64,000 nt of DNA from Thermoanaerobaculia bacterium (GCA_036398925.1 DASWOB010000050.1:79399-143398); one strand, 5' to 3'; positions 1 through 12,766 are shown, numbered from the stretch's first letter. A program made the numbers and translations. The notes: generated by a model not told the origin, from the letters alone.

Positions 1-900
1 TCGCTGCTGGTGGTCGTGGCCATCATCGACCTGCTCCCGAACGTCCGCTGGGAGCAGGTGCTATCCGAGACCGCGCCGGTCTATCGCTGGATCGATCAGC
101 AGAACGTCGGGCCGGTGCTCGAGTGGCCGGTCGATCCCTGGCTGGTCTTCCGCTACCTGCTCGGGTCGGCGCACCACCGCGTGCCACTGATGAACGGCAC
201 CTCCGGCTTCGAGCCGCCCGTGCACCGCTCGCTGCGCGAGAACTGGCAACAGCAGCGCTACGGCGACGTGCTCGACATCGCGGAGCGCAACGGCGCCCGC
301 ATTCTGGTCGTACACCGCCACTGGTTTCATGAATCCGATCCGGCGCAGTTGGTGAACGTCCTTGGCGCGGCGCTCTCCACCGGACGCCTGCAATTTCTCG
401 GGCGTCACGATCATGAGGTCGAGGGCGACTTCGTCTTCGCCGTCACGAAGAACTTCCCCGGCTGGCAACGCCTGCGCGCGCCGGAGGTGCCGAACGGCGC
501 CGGCCATCTACCGAGCCACACCCTCGCGCGCTTTCTCAATCACGAGCCGACGTACTCGTCATCCACGATCGGCCGAGTCGACCGCCCGCACATGCTGGAG
601 GTGGTGAAAGGTCCGCTGCAGATCAGCGGCTGGGCCGTCTCGCCGCACGGGGTGAAGAAGGTCTACGTCCTGCTGCACTCCGGCAAGATCAGGCTCGAAG
701 CACAGCGCACGCCCCGCGAGGACATTACCCGCGCCTACTCCTGGTACTACGAAGGACTGCCGGCCTTTTCGCTCACGATCGACAAACGTCCGCGCGGCGT
801 GCCGGTGGAGACCGACATGCAGATCGAGATCGTCGACGGCCGCGGCAAGCGCACCCGTCTCGAAGACCGGCTCATTACCTGGGAGCATCACGAGAATTGA
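1..900 (+). CDS. C-terminal part of a membrane GT-C-like protein (ArnT/PMT/YfhO-like) that runs off the 5' edge. It is a paralog of the next gene.
   Basis: The ORF is open from window position 1 (frame 1) to the stop at 898-900. The translated C-terminal soluble domain (...NGTSGFEPPVHRSLRENW..RHDHEVEGDFVFAV..LRAPEVPNGAGHLP...) aligns residue-for-residue with the C-terminus of the 900..3164 product. Third-codon positions are G/C-rich. Confidence 0.6.
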   Translation, partial: SLLVVVAIIDLLPNVRWEQVLSETAPVYRWIDQQNVGPVLEWPVDPWLVFRYLLGSAHHRVPLMNGTSGFEPPVHRSLRENWQQQRYGDVLDIAERNGARILVVHRHWFHESDPAQLVNVLGAALSTGRLQFLGRHDHEVEGDFVFAVTKNFPGWQRLRAPEVPNGAGHLPSHTLARFLNHEPTYSSSTIGRVDRPHMLEVVKGPLQISGWAVSPHGVKKVYVLLHSGKIRLEAQRTPREDITRAYSWYYEGLPAFSLTIDKRPRGVPVETDMQIEIVDGRGKRTRLEDRLITWEHHEN

Positions 901-3164
901 TGGAAGCACGACGAGTCGTGAGGAGCGCCGCTCGTGAGTTGGCGTGGTTCGCCGCGTTCTTCGTCGCCGCGATCGTCTTCACCTGGCCGCTGGCCATCCG
1001 TCTCGAAACTTCGGTCGCTGACGCGGGCGATCCGCTGCTCAACGCCTGGATTCTCGACTGGACCTGCCACGCCCTCAGTCACGACCCCTTGAACCTCTTC
1101 AACGCGCCGATCTACCACCCCGGCCTCTTTCCGCTCGCGTACAGCGAGCACCTGGCCGGCATTGCCCTGGTCGTGCTCCCCTTTCACCTCGCCGGCCTCT
1201 CGCCGCTGACCGTCTACAACATCGCGATGCTGCTCGGCTTCGCCTTCTCGGCGTACGCCGCGTTCGTGCTCGCGCGCCTCGTGACCGGCAGCAGCATCGG
1301 CGCGCTCGCGGGCGCGCTCTTCTTCGCCTTCGGCTCGTTCGCCGTGATGCACATCTCGCACTTGCAGGTCGTCTGGAGCGGATGGCTGCCGATGCTGCTG
1401 GCGGCGCTTCTGTACTGGTGGCGTGAGCCGTCGTGGAAGCGGGCGGCGCTGCTCGGCGCGGCATTCACGATGAACGGCCTCACGAACATCTACTGGCTGC
1501 TGTACGGCGGCTTCGCGCTGGTCGTGACGATGGTGTTGCTGCACTGGAGCGCACCGCGCCGCTGGAAGCAGCTCATCGTCGCGCTGGCCGTCGCCAGCGC
1601 AATCCTCCTCCCCTTCCTCATCCCCTATCAGATGGTGTCGAAAGAATACGGCGCGGGGCGGACCAGCTTCGAAGCGCGACTCGGGTCGGCTTCGCTGCTC
1701 GACTGGGCTATGCCCTCGCCGAACAACTGGATCTATGGCGGCCTGCCGCCGCACGAGATGCAGCGCGCGGAACGACAACTCTTCCCCGGCATCGCTGTGC
1801 TGGCGCTGATCGCAATTGCCTTCTTCACCAGGCCACGCGGAGAGCGCTTCATGCGGGTCGAGCGCAACAACCGCGGCCTCGACGTCACCATCGGCGTGCT
1901 GGTCGTCATCGCCATCGCCAGCGCCCTGGCCGGCCGCGTGGAGCTCGGCCCGATTCGCTTCTCCGGTTACGACGTGCCGGCGGTGCTGGCGACCGTGCTG
2001 CTCGCCATTCGCCTCCATCGCACCTATCCCGACGCACTCGCGAAGTCGCGGTTCTCGCGTGAGGAGTGGAGCGCGTTTCTCTGGATTGCAATCGGCTTCG
2101 TCGCCTCGCTCGGCTGGAACGCCTTCCTCCACCCGTTCCTCTTTCGAGTGGTCACGCCGTTCCGCGCCACGCGCACGCCGGCACGCTGGGCGGTCATCGC
2201 CGGCGTCGGTCTCGCGGTCTGGGCGGCCATCGGTATCGCGGCGTTGCTCGCAAAGAAGACGACGCGCGCGAGGAGCATCGCTGCATTGCTGGTGGTCTTC
2301 GTGACGCTCGAAGCGATCCCCGACGTGCGGTGGGACCAGTTCCGCGCCGAGCCCGCGCCGGTCTATCGCTGGCTCGCACGCGAGCGTCCGGGCGTCGTGC
2401 TCGAATTGCCGCTGGTCAACGACGGATCGCATTTCCGCTCCGTCTTCTTCAACAGCGCGCATCGCCAGCCGATCGTCAACGGCACCTCCGGATGGGAGAC
2501 GCCGCTGCACGAGTCGCTGCGCAAGGCGGAGCTGGCGCAGCGCTTCGACGACGCGTTCCTCACTCAGGTCGAAACGGCCGGCACGAAGATCGTCATCGTC
2601 CACGCCGATGACCTCGGCCATTACGAGGCGGCGGTGAAAGCCTTTCTGCGCGCACAGCTCGCGAGTGGACGGCTGACGTTCCTCCGCCGCTTCGATCACG
2701 AGGTGAATGGCGACTATGTCTTTGCGATCGGACCCAGCACGCTGCGAGCACCCGAGGTGCCGGATGGTGCGGGCTTCCTCCCGGCGCAGAATCTGGAGCG
2801 CTGGCTCAGCGGACAGGCGACGTACAGCGACGCCATCACGGTCGTGCTGGAATCGCCGCACGGTGACGTCGGCGGCCCGCTCACGGTGCGCGGCTATGCG
2901 TTCTCACCGCACATCATTCGCGGCGTGACCGTGCTGGTCGAGCAGGGCACGCGACGTTACGAAGCGAAGCTCGTCGAGCGACCGGACGTGGCGCAGCGCT
3001 TCCCCTGGTATCGCCATTCCGCGCCTCGGCCGGGATTCGAGCTCGCGTTCGACGAACGGCCGGACGGCATTCCGGAGCGGACCGACGTGCAGGTGGAAGT
3101 GGTCGACAACGCGGGCCGGGTGATGCGTTCGCGCGACTTTGTCTTCAACTGGCGTGCGCGATAG
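900..3164 (+). CDS. Polytopic membrane protein (GT-C-fold glycosyltransferase-like, ArnT/PMT/YfhO-type) with a C-terminal periplasmic domain. A second tandem paralog.
   Basis: The ATG at 900 overlaps the upstream stop. The N-terminal half has more than 10 hydrophobic helices (e.g. LAWFAAFFVAAIVFTWPLAI, IALVVLPFHLAGL, IYWLLYGGFALVV). The C-terminal roughly 300 aa is paralogous to the 1..900 product. The family assignment is by resemblance only. Confidence 0.6.
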   Translation: MEARRVVRSAARELAWFAAFFVAAIVFTWPLAIRLETSVADAGDPLLNAWILDWTCHALSHDPLNLFNAPIYHPGLFPLAYSEHLAGIALVVLPFHLAGLSPLTVYNIAMLLGFAFSAYAAFVLARLVTGSSIGALAGALFFAFGSFAVMHISHLQVVWSGWLPMLLAALLYWWREPSWKRAALLGAAFTMNGLTNIYWLLYGGFALVVTMVLLHWSAPRRWKQLIVALAVASAILLPFLIPYQMVSKEYGAGRTSFEARLGSASLLDWAMPSPNNWIYGGLPPHEMQRAERQLFPGIAVLALIAIAFFTRPRGERFMRVERNNRGLDVTIGVLVVIAIASALAGRVELGPIRFSGYDVPAVLATVLLAIRLHRTYPDALAKSRFSREEWSAFLWIAIGFVASLGWNAFLHPFLFRVVTPFRATRTPARWAVIAGVGLAVWAAIGIAALLAKKTTRARSIAALLVVFVTLEAIPDVRWDQFRAEPAPVYRWLARERPGVVLELPLVNDGSHFRSVFFNSAHRQPIVNGTSGWETPLHESLRKAELAQRFDDAFLTQVETAGTKIVIVHADDLGHYEAAVKAFLRAQLASGRLTFLRRFDHEVNGDYVFAIGPSTLRAPEVPDGAGFLPAQNLERWLSGQATYSDAITVVLESPHGDVGGPLTVRGYAFSPHIIRGVTVLVEQGTRRYEAKLVERPDVAQRFPWYRHSAPRPGFELAFDERPDGIPERTDVQVEVVDNAGRVMRSRDFVFNWRAR

Positions 3165-3369
3165 CTCGCCGTTCGCTTACTCGTCGTAAATCTGCGGGAA
3201 CCGCCAGCGTGCTTCGCGGATCTCTTCCTCGATGATGTCCTGCTCGGGCTTGTCGGCGAGTTGCGGCGCTTCCCAGTTGGCCATCCACATCGGATTCATG
3301 TAAGGGAGAACGGCCAGATGTTCGAGGCGGTACGGGAGGCCGCGCGCTTCGAACCGGGCGTTGAGGAAC

Positions 3370-4748
<1,379 letters not shown>

Positions 4749-4749
<1 letters not shown>

Positions 4750-6107
4750 TACAGGCCGAACCAGGATCGGATGCGTGCGAGGGTCGTCTTCTGCTCGTCA
4801 CCGCCCGTGGTGCGCCGGGAGTCGAGCGAATCGCGCCGCGCCATCACCTTTTCGGAGATCGACGACGCCAGCTCCGGATGATCGCGCATCACCGGCTGCA
4901 GCGCGTTCTTCGCGATCTCGATCGCCACGACGTCGCTCGCCGCCACGATGTCGGCGGTGCGGGCCTCGCCGGTGAGCAGCGCCATCTCACCAAAGAAGTC
5001 GCCGGCGGTCAGGCGCGCGACGTCGCTGCCGTCGATCCGCACCACCACTTCCCCCTCGTGCACGATGAACATCGAATCGCCCGCGTCTCCACGGCGCAGG
5101 ATGGTCTCGCCGCGCGAATAAAAGTGGACGCGTGCCGCGGCGGCAATGCTCTGCAGGCTTTCGTCCGACAGCGGCGTGAGGACGTCGATCCGGCGGAGGC
5201 GTTCGAGCAGTTCCGGCTCGCTGACGTGCTGCCCCTCGTCGGGCTGCTGGTAGCGCTGCACGGAGCGGATCGGGAACGGGATGGTGATCCCGTTGCGGCG
5301 CAGCGCGTACCAGATCGCCTTGCGGATCTCGGCGTCGATCCGGTCGCGCTGCGAGTAGTCGTTCATGAAGTATTTGATGTCGTACGTCACGGCCGAATCG
5401 GCGAACCCCGCCACCCGCGCAAAGCACGGCATCTCCCGCACGACCCCTTCCACGTTCACGGTGGCCTGGGTCAGCACGTTGATGACCGTGGCCGGCGGGA
5501 AGTGGTAGTCGATGCCGACCTGCAGCACGCGCGCGTTGACGTTGTTCTTCGGAAAGACCTCCAGCCGCTCGCGGGAGACCAGCGAGTTCGGGAGGATGAC
5601 CAGGTTGTTGTTGAACGTGCGGATTCGCGTGCCGCGCCAGCGGACGCTCTCCACGACTCCGATCGAGTCCCCGGAGCGGATCACGTCGCCGACCTCGAAC
5701 GTATCTTCCATATGCAGGGCGATGCCGGAGAAGAGGTTACCGAGCGTGTCCTGCAGCGCCAGGCCGAGGATCGCGGCGAGGATCGTTCCGGTGGCGAGAA
5801 AGCCGGTCACCGAGTAGTGGAAGATCGCCGAGATCGCCCAGGCGAAAGCCAGGAAGTAGAGGGCGATGTCGAAGATCTCGCGCAGCAGCAGTGGCGCGTT
5901 GACGTGCTTGCGGCGCCGCGCGATCAGCTCGAAGGCGATGTAGTCGATCAGCCGGACGCCGAAGAAGATGATCGGCAGCCATGCGCCGAACAGCAGCCAG
6001 GCGTCGAAGGTCGGCTTGAGGAGCTTGCGGTCGTGGACGAACGAGTAGACGGCGAAGAGTGCCGCGCCGAGGAGCAGCGGGACCAGCAGGCGCGACGCCC
6101 GTGTCAC
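4749..6107 (-). CDS. MscS-family mechanosensitive channel with a C-terminal cyclic-nucleotide-binding domain.
   Basis: The TM region is followed by an MscS beta-domain (GDVIRSGDSIGVVESVRWRGTRIRTFNNNLVILPNSLV). A C-terminal cNMP-binding-like segment (RGETILRRGDAGDSMFIVHEGEVVV...GDFFGEMALLTGEARTA). The start is assigned to a GTG at 6107 that overlaps the upstream stop (GTGA). The ORF stays open up to 6320, so the start is uncertain. Confidence 0.75.
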
Positions 6108-6349
6108 GGCTGCTCCCCCCCCTCTTTGCGCTCGCGCATGAAACGCCTCACGTCGCGGATGCCGATGATCAGGTGCACGATCCCGAAGCCGGAGATCAGG
6201 CCGCGTACGAACGGGTTGTCCGCCCACATGCCGAGCGTGAGGGAACTGTGCAGGAGCGGGTTCAGGGTCCAGACCCGCGTCCACGGCACGATGGTGAAGA
6301 AGAGCCCCGCCTCCAGGCAATAGAGGGCGAAGAACAGGGGGACGGTCAT
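6104..6349 (-). CDS. Small hydrophobic membrane protein (81 aa), first gene of the MscS/NtrC operon.
   Basis: ATG at 6349. Two predicted TM helices (MTVPLFFALYCLEAGLFFTIVPW; GLISGFGIVHLIIGI). The stop overlaps the proposed MscS start. No family recognised. Confidence 0.5.
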   Translation of the reverse strand: MTVPLFFALYCLEAGLFFTIVPWTRVWTLNPLLHSSLTLGMWADNPFVRGLISGFGIVHLIIGIRDVRRFMRERKEGGEQP

Positions 6350-6372
6350 GTGCGGGGCGGATTGTACCGTTG

Positions 6373-6546
6373 GGAGCTATTCAGCTGTTCAGCTGTTCAG
6401 CTCCTCAGTTGTTCAGCGATTCAGGAGAACCTGACGGCAGCGGGGCGCGTGAGCGGGCGCGAGCTCGCCGCACATACGAACAGCGGATCCAGGGACGATG
6501 CTGCCGCCGCGTTCTCCTGAACAGCTGAGTCGCTGAACAGCTGTAA
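6373..6546. repeat. Intergenic imperfect palindrome whose arms are tandem 8-mers (CAGCTGTT)n.
   Basis: The left arm is gagctattcagctgttcagctgttcagctcctcagttgttcagcgattcaggagaacctgacggcagcgg. The right arm is ccgctgccgccgcgttctcctgaacagctgagtcgctgaacagctg. The motif is shared with 38181..38420. Confidence 0.6.
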
Positions 6547-6580
6547 ACAAAAAAAGGCCCCCCATTGCTGGGAGGCCTTC
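6546..6580 (-). terminator. Rho-independent terminator of the FecR-domain gene.
   Basis: Read on the minus strand, the stem ggggggcctt/aaggcctccc (loop agcaat) is followed by TTTTTTTGT, immediately after the stop at 6607. Confidence 0.6.
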
Positions 6581-6606
6581 CGGGTCGCCTGCGAGCTCCC
6601 GTCAGA

Positions 6607-8835
6607 TTAGTCGCGGTTACGGCGGATGCTGCCGCCTTCGCTCCGGTTGCCGGACGAGCCGTTGCCGGAGTTCGCGGACGGCGGCGGGGGCGGCGGAGCC
6701 GAGGGACGGCTGCCGCTGTCACCACCACCACGATTCACGCTGCCGCCGCTGTCGCGCGAGCCGCTGCCTTCGCGACGCGAGGACCCGCTGTCGCGCGAGC
6801 CGCTGCCTTCGCGCCGCGCGCTGCCGCTGTCGCCACGCGAGCCGCGTCCGCTGCCGGCGCTGCTGCTGCCGGACTCGGAGTCGCGAGGCACCACGCGCGC
6901 GCCGCCGATGCGGTCGATCACGCGGCGCGGGACATCGCTGCCGCTGGTCGACGAACCGGCCGAGCTGCCGCGCGAGCCGCTGTCGGCAGCCGGCGCGTCG
7001 CCGGTGGCCGGACGACGGCGCCAGCTGGCGTCATCGCGGGAGGAACCGGTGCCGGCAGCCGGAGCCGAAGGAGCGGGAGCGGCGGCCGGGGCATCGCCGC
7101 CGCGAACGCGATCGCGCCACGTGTTCGTGCTGCCGCCGGTGTTGCCGCCGCCGGTGTTGCCATTCAATGCCGAGTCGTCACGATCGCGGCCGCGATCCGG
7201 AATGGTGATCACGCGCGGTCCGCGGGTCGTGCCGCCGATGGGCGAGGTCGCGGGAGGAGCATCGTTGCCACGGCCGATCGGCGCAAGGCTGCCGCCGCTG
7301 CCGTCGACCGGTGCCACGTTGCCGCGTCCGATTGGAGCGAGGCTGCCGCCGCCGATGGGCGCGACACTGCCGGTGCCCGGGGCACGCGACGGGATGCCGC
7401 CGGCCACCGGAGTGGTCGTCGAGCCGCCGCCGCTGCGGCCGCGGGTGATGCGATCGCGAACCGGCGTGCTGACGTCGGGGTCGCGGCGGAAGAAGCCGGT
7501 CATGTCGGTGAGCGCACCGCCCTGAGTCGCACCCTGGCCGCTCTCGCGTCCGAGGTGCTGCCCGTCGAGGCCACGGCGCCGGATGGCGGCGGCCGGGTCA
7601 CGGACCTCCTCACGCGTGAAGCGCGCGGGGCTGCCCGAAATGGCCGCGATTCCGCCGCGCTCCCCGCGGCTGAGGCGGTTCTTCACGGCGTCGGCGGTCA
7701 GCGCGGCGCGGTCGGCGCGCAGCGTGGCGATCGTGTTCGAATCCATGAAGACCCAGGGACGCATGTCGAGCTCGCTCACCCGGACGTTGCCGTGGAAGCC
7801 AAAGCCGAAGTGATGCGTGTTCCGGTAAGGGTTGTAGGCCCAGTTGTAATACGGCCGGTAGCAATCCCAGTAGCCGGCCGGAGCCCAGCCGACGTAGCTG
7901 TCGCCGTACATCCAGTAGACCCACGCCGGCGAGTAACCGCGGCCCGGGAACCACACCCAGCCGAAGCCGGGGTCGAAGGCCCAGCGGCCGTAGTGATACG
8001 GCACCCAGCCCCATGGATCGTACGAGACCCAGGTCAGCCCGCCGTAGCGGTGCGACCAGTAGCCGTGGAAGTACGGACGCCAGCCGGCGGCGACGTACGG
8101 GCGCCAGGCGTAGCCCATGCCGCCCACGCTGACCCAGCGGCCGTGCGTGTCGAGATCGTCGGCCCAGTACGACAGCCGGCGGTCGGCGATGTAGCGGTCG
8201 TTGGAGCGGTCGAAGCGCTCGGCGCGGCGGAGGAACCACCGCTCGAAGTCGTCCGCGGCGTCGAGGGCGTCGTTCACGAGATCGTAGACACCGCGATCGT
8301 CGACCGTGGCCGTCTCACCGGCGCGCAGCCGCGTGGTGCGGTTCGGCGTGCGGATCTCGACCGCGCCGTCGAAGACGTTGACGCGATCGCGTCCTTCGCC
8401 GTCGCTCTCGACGGAGTAGACCGCCTCGTGCGCCGCGACGTAGCTCGCGTGCTTCGTATCGAGGCGGACGTAGTCGCGTCCGAGCTCGGTGCGGTAGATC
8501 GCGACCTTACCGTAGCTCAGCTCGGCGACGGTCTGGTCCGCATTGCCCTCGTAACTGTCGAGGATCGAGTGGAGCTTGACCGCCGTCGCGCGATCGATGC
8601 CGATCGTGTTGCCGTCGGAGAGGTGGAGCTCCGCACGACCGCGGCGGCTCGTGACCACAGCATCTCCCGGGTAGACCGGGAGGTTGACGCGGGCTTCGAT
8701 CTCGCGGCCGTCATCGCCCTGGCGCACGACCGTACCGCCGTCGTCGTACGAGAAGAACGATTGGTGCCGCTCGACCGCCTGCATCGGAATGGCGGCGAGT
8801 GTGACAAGAAGAGTGAGTAGGACCGCTCGTTTCAT
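6607..8835 (-). CDS. Secreted FecR-domain protein with a Trp/Tyr/Gly-rich repeat region and a C-terminal Gly/Ser/Arg-rich low-complexity tail.
   Basis: An AGGAGA RBS then the ATG at 8835, and a signal peptide (MKRAVLLTLLVTLAAIPMQA). A FecR-like N-terminal region. A central W-rich block (GYAWRPYVAAGWRPYFHGYWSHRYGGLTWVSYDPWGWVPYHYGRWAFDPGFGWVWFPGRGYSPAWVYWMYG). C-terminal repeats (SLAPIGRGNxAP x3; RREGSGSRDSGxS x2), with matching 36-42 bp DNA tandem repeats at about 6730-6850 and 7270-7380. Confidence 0.7.
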   Translation of the reverse strand: MKRAVLLTLLVTLAAIPMQAVERHQSFFSYDDGGTVVRQGDDGREIEARVNLPVYPGDAVVTSRRGRAELHLSDGNTIGIDRATAVKLHSILDSYEGNADQTVAELSYGKVAIYRTELGRDYVRLDTKHASYVAAHEAVYSVESDGEGRDRVNVFDGAVEIRTPNRTTRLRAGETATVDDRGVYDLVNDALDAADDFERWFLRRAERFDRSNDRYIADRRLSYWADDLDTHGRWVSVGGMGYAWRPYVAAGWRPYFHGYWSHRYGGLTWVSYDPWGWVPYHYGRWAFDPGFGWVWFPGRGYSPAWVYWMYGDSYVGWAPAGYWDCYRPYYNWAYNPYRNTHHFGFGFHGNVRVSELDMRPWVFMDSNTIATLRADRAALTADAVKNRLSRGERGGIAAISGSPARFTREEVRDPAAAIRRRGLDGQHLGRESGQGATQGGALTDMTGFFRRDPDVSTPVRDRITRGRSGGGSTTTPVAGGIPSRAPGTGSVAPIGGGSLAPIGRGNVAPVDGSGGSLAPIGRGNDAPPATSPIGGTTRGPRVITIPDRGRDRDDSALNGNTGGGNTGGSTNTWRDRVRGGDAPAAAPAPSAPAAGTGSSRDDASWRRRPATGDAPAADSGSRGSSAGSSTSGSDVPRRVIDRIGGARVVPRDSESGSSSAGSGRGSRGDSGSARREGSGSRDSGSSRREGSGSRDSGGSVNRGGGDSGSRPSAPPPPPPSANSGNGSSGNRSEGGSIRRNRD

Positions 8836-9000
8836 GGGTTTTCTCCTGCAACCGGACGCTTCCGAGTGCGGCCGGCATGCCACGGTACCGCAGAGTATTC
8901 CTGCTTTCGCATCAACGACTTAGCTGCAGCTGAAGCGACGACTGACGCGCGCTCTGTCCTCGATCGGTGAAACCGCGTCCCCTGCAAAGTACGGAACACT

Positions 9001-9231
9001 AAGCAGAATGCTCTCACTCCACCCACGGATGAGGAGACGACGGGGGGCCTCCGGCGGCCGGGGCCACAGCCCCGGACCCCGTTGGTTGGCCTAGCCTCCG
9101 CGACACTCTGTCGCGAGATACGAGTCTATGTCGCGGAGGCTAGGCCAACCAGCGGGTCCGGGCCCGCGGCCCGGCCGCCGGAGGCCTCCGGTCGTTCCCT
9201 CATCCGTGGGTCAACTGCGTGCATTCTGCTC
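9001..9231. repeat. Near-perfect inverted repeat of about 230 bp with roughly 100-bp arms, centred near 9116.
   Basis: The left arm (...agcagaatgc..acccacggatgaggagacgacggggggcctccggcggccggggccacagccccggaccccgttggttggcctagcctccgcgaca) is complemented by the right arm (tgtcgcggaggctaggccaaccagcgggtccgggcccgcggcccggccgccggaggcctccggtcgttccctcatccgtgggt..gcattctgct). It sits between the stop of the phosphoesterase gene and the start of the FecR-domain gene. Confidence 0.7.
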
Positions 9232-9970
9232 AGGTTCCGTTCGAGAGCCGCTGCGCCAGGATCGGTGGAAGCCCGGCCTTCAGGATCGACGTCTGCGTCT
9301 TCTTGAGGTCGTACTCCACGCGGAAGAACTGCACCGTGCGTTTGTCGGAATCGAGAATCACAAACGAGGCGAGAGGATTCCGGTCGCGTGGCTGGCCGAC
9401 CGATCCGGGGTTGATCAGGTAGCGCAATCCCGGCTCGAGCTTCAGCGTCGCTTCGCCACGAATGGAGAAGCCGCGCACGTTGTGCTCGTCATCGACCGAG
9501 AAGATCACCGGCAGGTGGGTGTGGCCGTAGAGGATGATCGGCGCTTTGTAGAGGGCCATCACCTGCCCGGCGTGGTGCACGTTGAAGACGTACTCGTCCT
9601 CGTCGTACGGCGAGCCGTGGCAGAGCATCACCCCTTCGGTCTCGGTGGGGCCGCACGGCAGGTCGCGCAGGAAGCGCCGGTTGGGAGCACTGAGGTGATC
9701 GCGGGTCCAGAGCGCGGCCGCCTTCGCCGCGTGATTGAAGCCGTTCGCGTCGCTGATCCCGGAGGCCACGCGGTCATGGTTGCCGCGGATGTAGAGCTTG
9801 CGCCCGCGCAGGGTGCGCATGATGTCGAGGATCTGGTTCGGCTGCGCGCCGTAACCGACGAAGTCGCCGAGGCAGATCACCGAGTCGAACTTCTTGCGGC
9901 GGACGTGATTCATCACCGCGCGCACGGCGGCCTCGTTCGCGTGCAGGTCGCTGACGACGAGTGCCCTCAT
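9230..9970 (-). CDS. Calcineurin-like metallophosphoesterase.
   Basis: The ATG at 9970 overlaps the aroK stop (ATGA). Motifs MRALVVSDLHAN, ICLGDFVGYG, GNHD and GHTHLP are present. Confidence 0.8.
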   Translation of the reverse strand: MRALVVSDLHANEAAVRAVMNHVRRKKFDSVICLGDFVGYGAQPNQILDIMRTLRGRKLYIRGNHDRVASGISDANGFNHAAKAAALWTRDHLSAPNRRFLRDLPCGPTETEGVMLCHGSPYDEDEYVFNVHHAGQVMALYKAPIILYGHTHLPVIFSVDDEHNVRGFSIRGEATLKLEPGLRYLINPGSVGQPRDRNPLASFVILDSDKRTVQFFRVEYDLKKTQTSILKAGLPPILAQRLSNGT

Positions 9971-10509
9971 CGCGCCTGCCTCCAGCTCGAGCGGCGTGCC
10001 GACTCGAGCACGCTCTTCGGCAGCTCGAGCATCAGCCGTTCCACGATCTCGGCCGGTGTCTCCTCTTCGCGCACTTCGATGGTGACGTCCGACATCCGGT
10101 AGTAGCGGATGCGGTTCGCGTAGAGTTCGTGCGTGGCGATGTCGTCGCGGAAAAGCGGCCGGTCCGCCCCTTTGTCGCCGATCCGCGCGCGCAGCAGCGC
10201 GTACGGCGCGGAGAGATAGACCGAGAGTCCCTCCGACTGGATGAACTGGATGTTCTCGTCGAAGGTGAAGGTCCCGCCGCCGGTGGCGATCACCGCCGCA
10301 TCGAGGTTCTTCGTGGCGCGCAGGATGTCGCGCTCGCGTTTGCGAAAGTACGGCTCCCCGTACGTGGCGAAGATCTCTTTGATCGAGCTGCGCTCGGCCG
10401 ATTCGATCAATTCGTCGAGGTCGAAGAACGGCGCATCGATTCGCGAGGCGAGCTCGCGGCCGATGGTCGTCTTGCCCGCACCCATGAATCCGATGAGATA
10501 GATCTTCAT
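9967..10509 (-). CDS. aroK: Shikimate kinase.
   Basis: MKIYLIGFMGAGKTTIGRELA (Walker A), then ...ATGGGT.... Only the C-terminal 180 aa of the listed 408-aa ORF are real. The ATG at 10509 is in frame. Confidence 0.85.
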   Translation of the reverse strand: MKIYLIGFMGAGKTTIGRELASRIDAPFFDLDELIESAERSSIKEIFATYGEPYFRKRERDILRATKNLDAAVIATGGGTFTFDENIQFIQSEGLSVYLSAPYALLRARIGDKGADRPLFRDDIATHELYANRIRYYRMSDVTIEVREEETPAEIVERLMLELPKSVLESARRSSWRQAR

Positions 10510-10541
10510 CCGGGACCGTTGATTGTAGACGGGAGGACTCG

Positions 10542-11876
<1,335 letters not shown>

Positions 11877-11886
11877 GAGCCCGCGA

Positions 11887-12399
<513 letters not shown>

Positions 12400-12412
12400 C
12401 TGTCGATCCCTT

Positions 12413-12766
12413 TCAGATCAGCTCGTCGCGAAGCAGATGCTTCGCCCGGGAGAGCTCGAATCGCGCCCGTCCGTAGTTCCCATCCGGCCGCAAAACGAGG
12501 AGCACATAGTACTCCGGGGTCACCTCGGACATGAACGTGACGTACTTCTCGGTGACGAGGGCGAACTGCTGGATGTCGCCGGCGTTGAGCTCCGTATTCG
12601 CGAGGCGGATCGATTTGATGAAACTGCCGAATTCGGCGCCGAGGACGTCGAGCGGAATGCGCTCCACATTGATGGTCTCGATGGCGATGCCGTCGAGGCC
12701 GATGAGCGTGATGGCCATCGTCCCCTCGACGCGCTCCTGGATCTTCTGCAGAACTTCCTTAAACAC
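12413..12766 (-). CDS. Roadblock/LC7 (MglB-like) domain protein.
   Basis: (V)[31 protein letters not shown]... fits the Roadblock fold signature. The start is assigned to a GTG at 12766, giving an 8-nt overlap with the TPR gene stop. An alternative ATG lies at 12718. Confidence 0.6.
   Translation of the reverse strand: MFKEVLQKIQERVEGTMAITLIGLDGIAIETINVERIPLDVLGAEFGSFIKSIRLANTELNAGDIQQFALVTEKYVTFMSEVTPEYYVLLVLRPDGNYGRARFELSRAKHLLRDELI

Noticed and set aside
888-2861. Long antisense or alternate-frame ORFs (for example 888..2861 -, 6565..8820 +, 14001..16172 +, 26046..27734 +, 30372..33026 -, 33051..38039 -, 36026..37987 +, 41516..43858 +, 50800..52818 +)
   Set aside because: They are shadow ORFs typical of high-GC DNA. 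Each lies opposite or out of frame to a gene with clear homology. They have Arg/Ala/Gly/Pro-rich low-complexity translations and no domain signatures.
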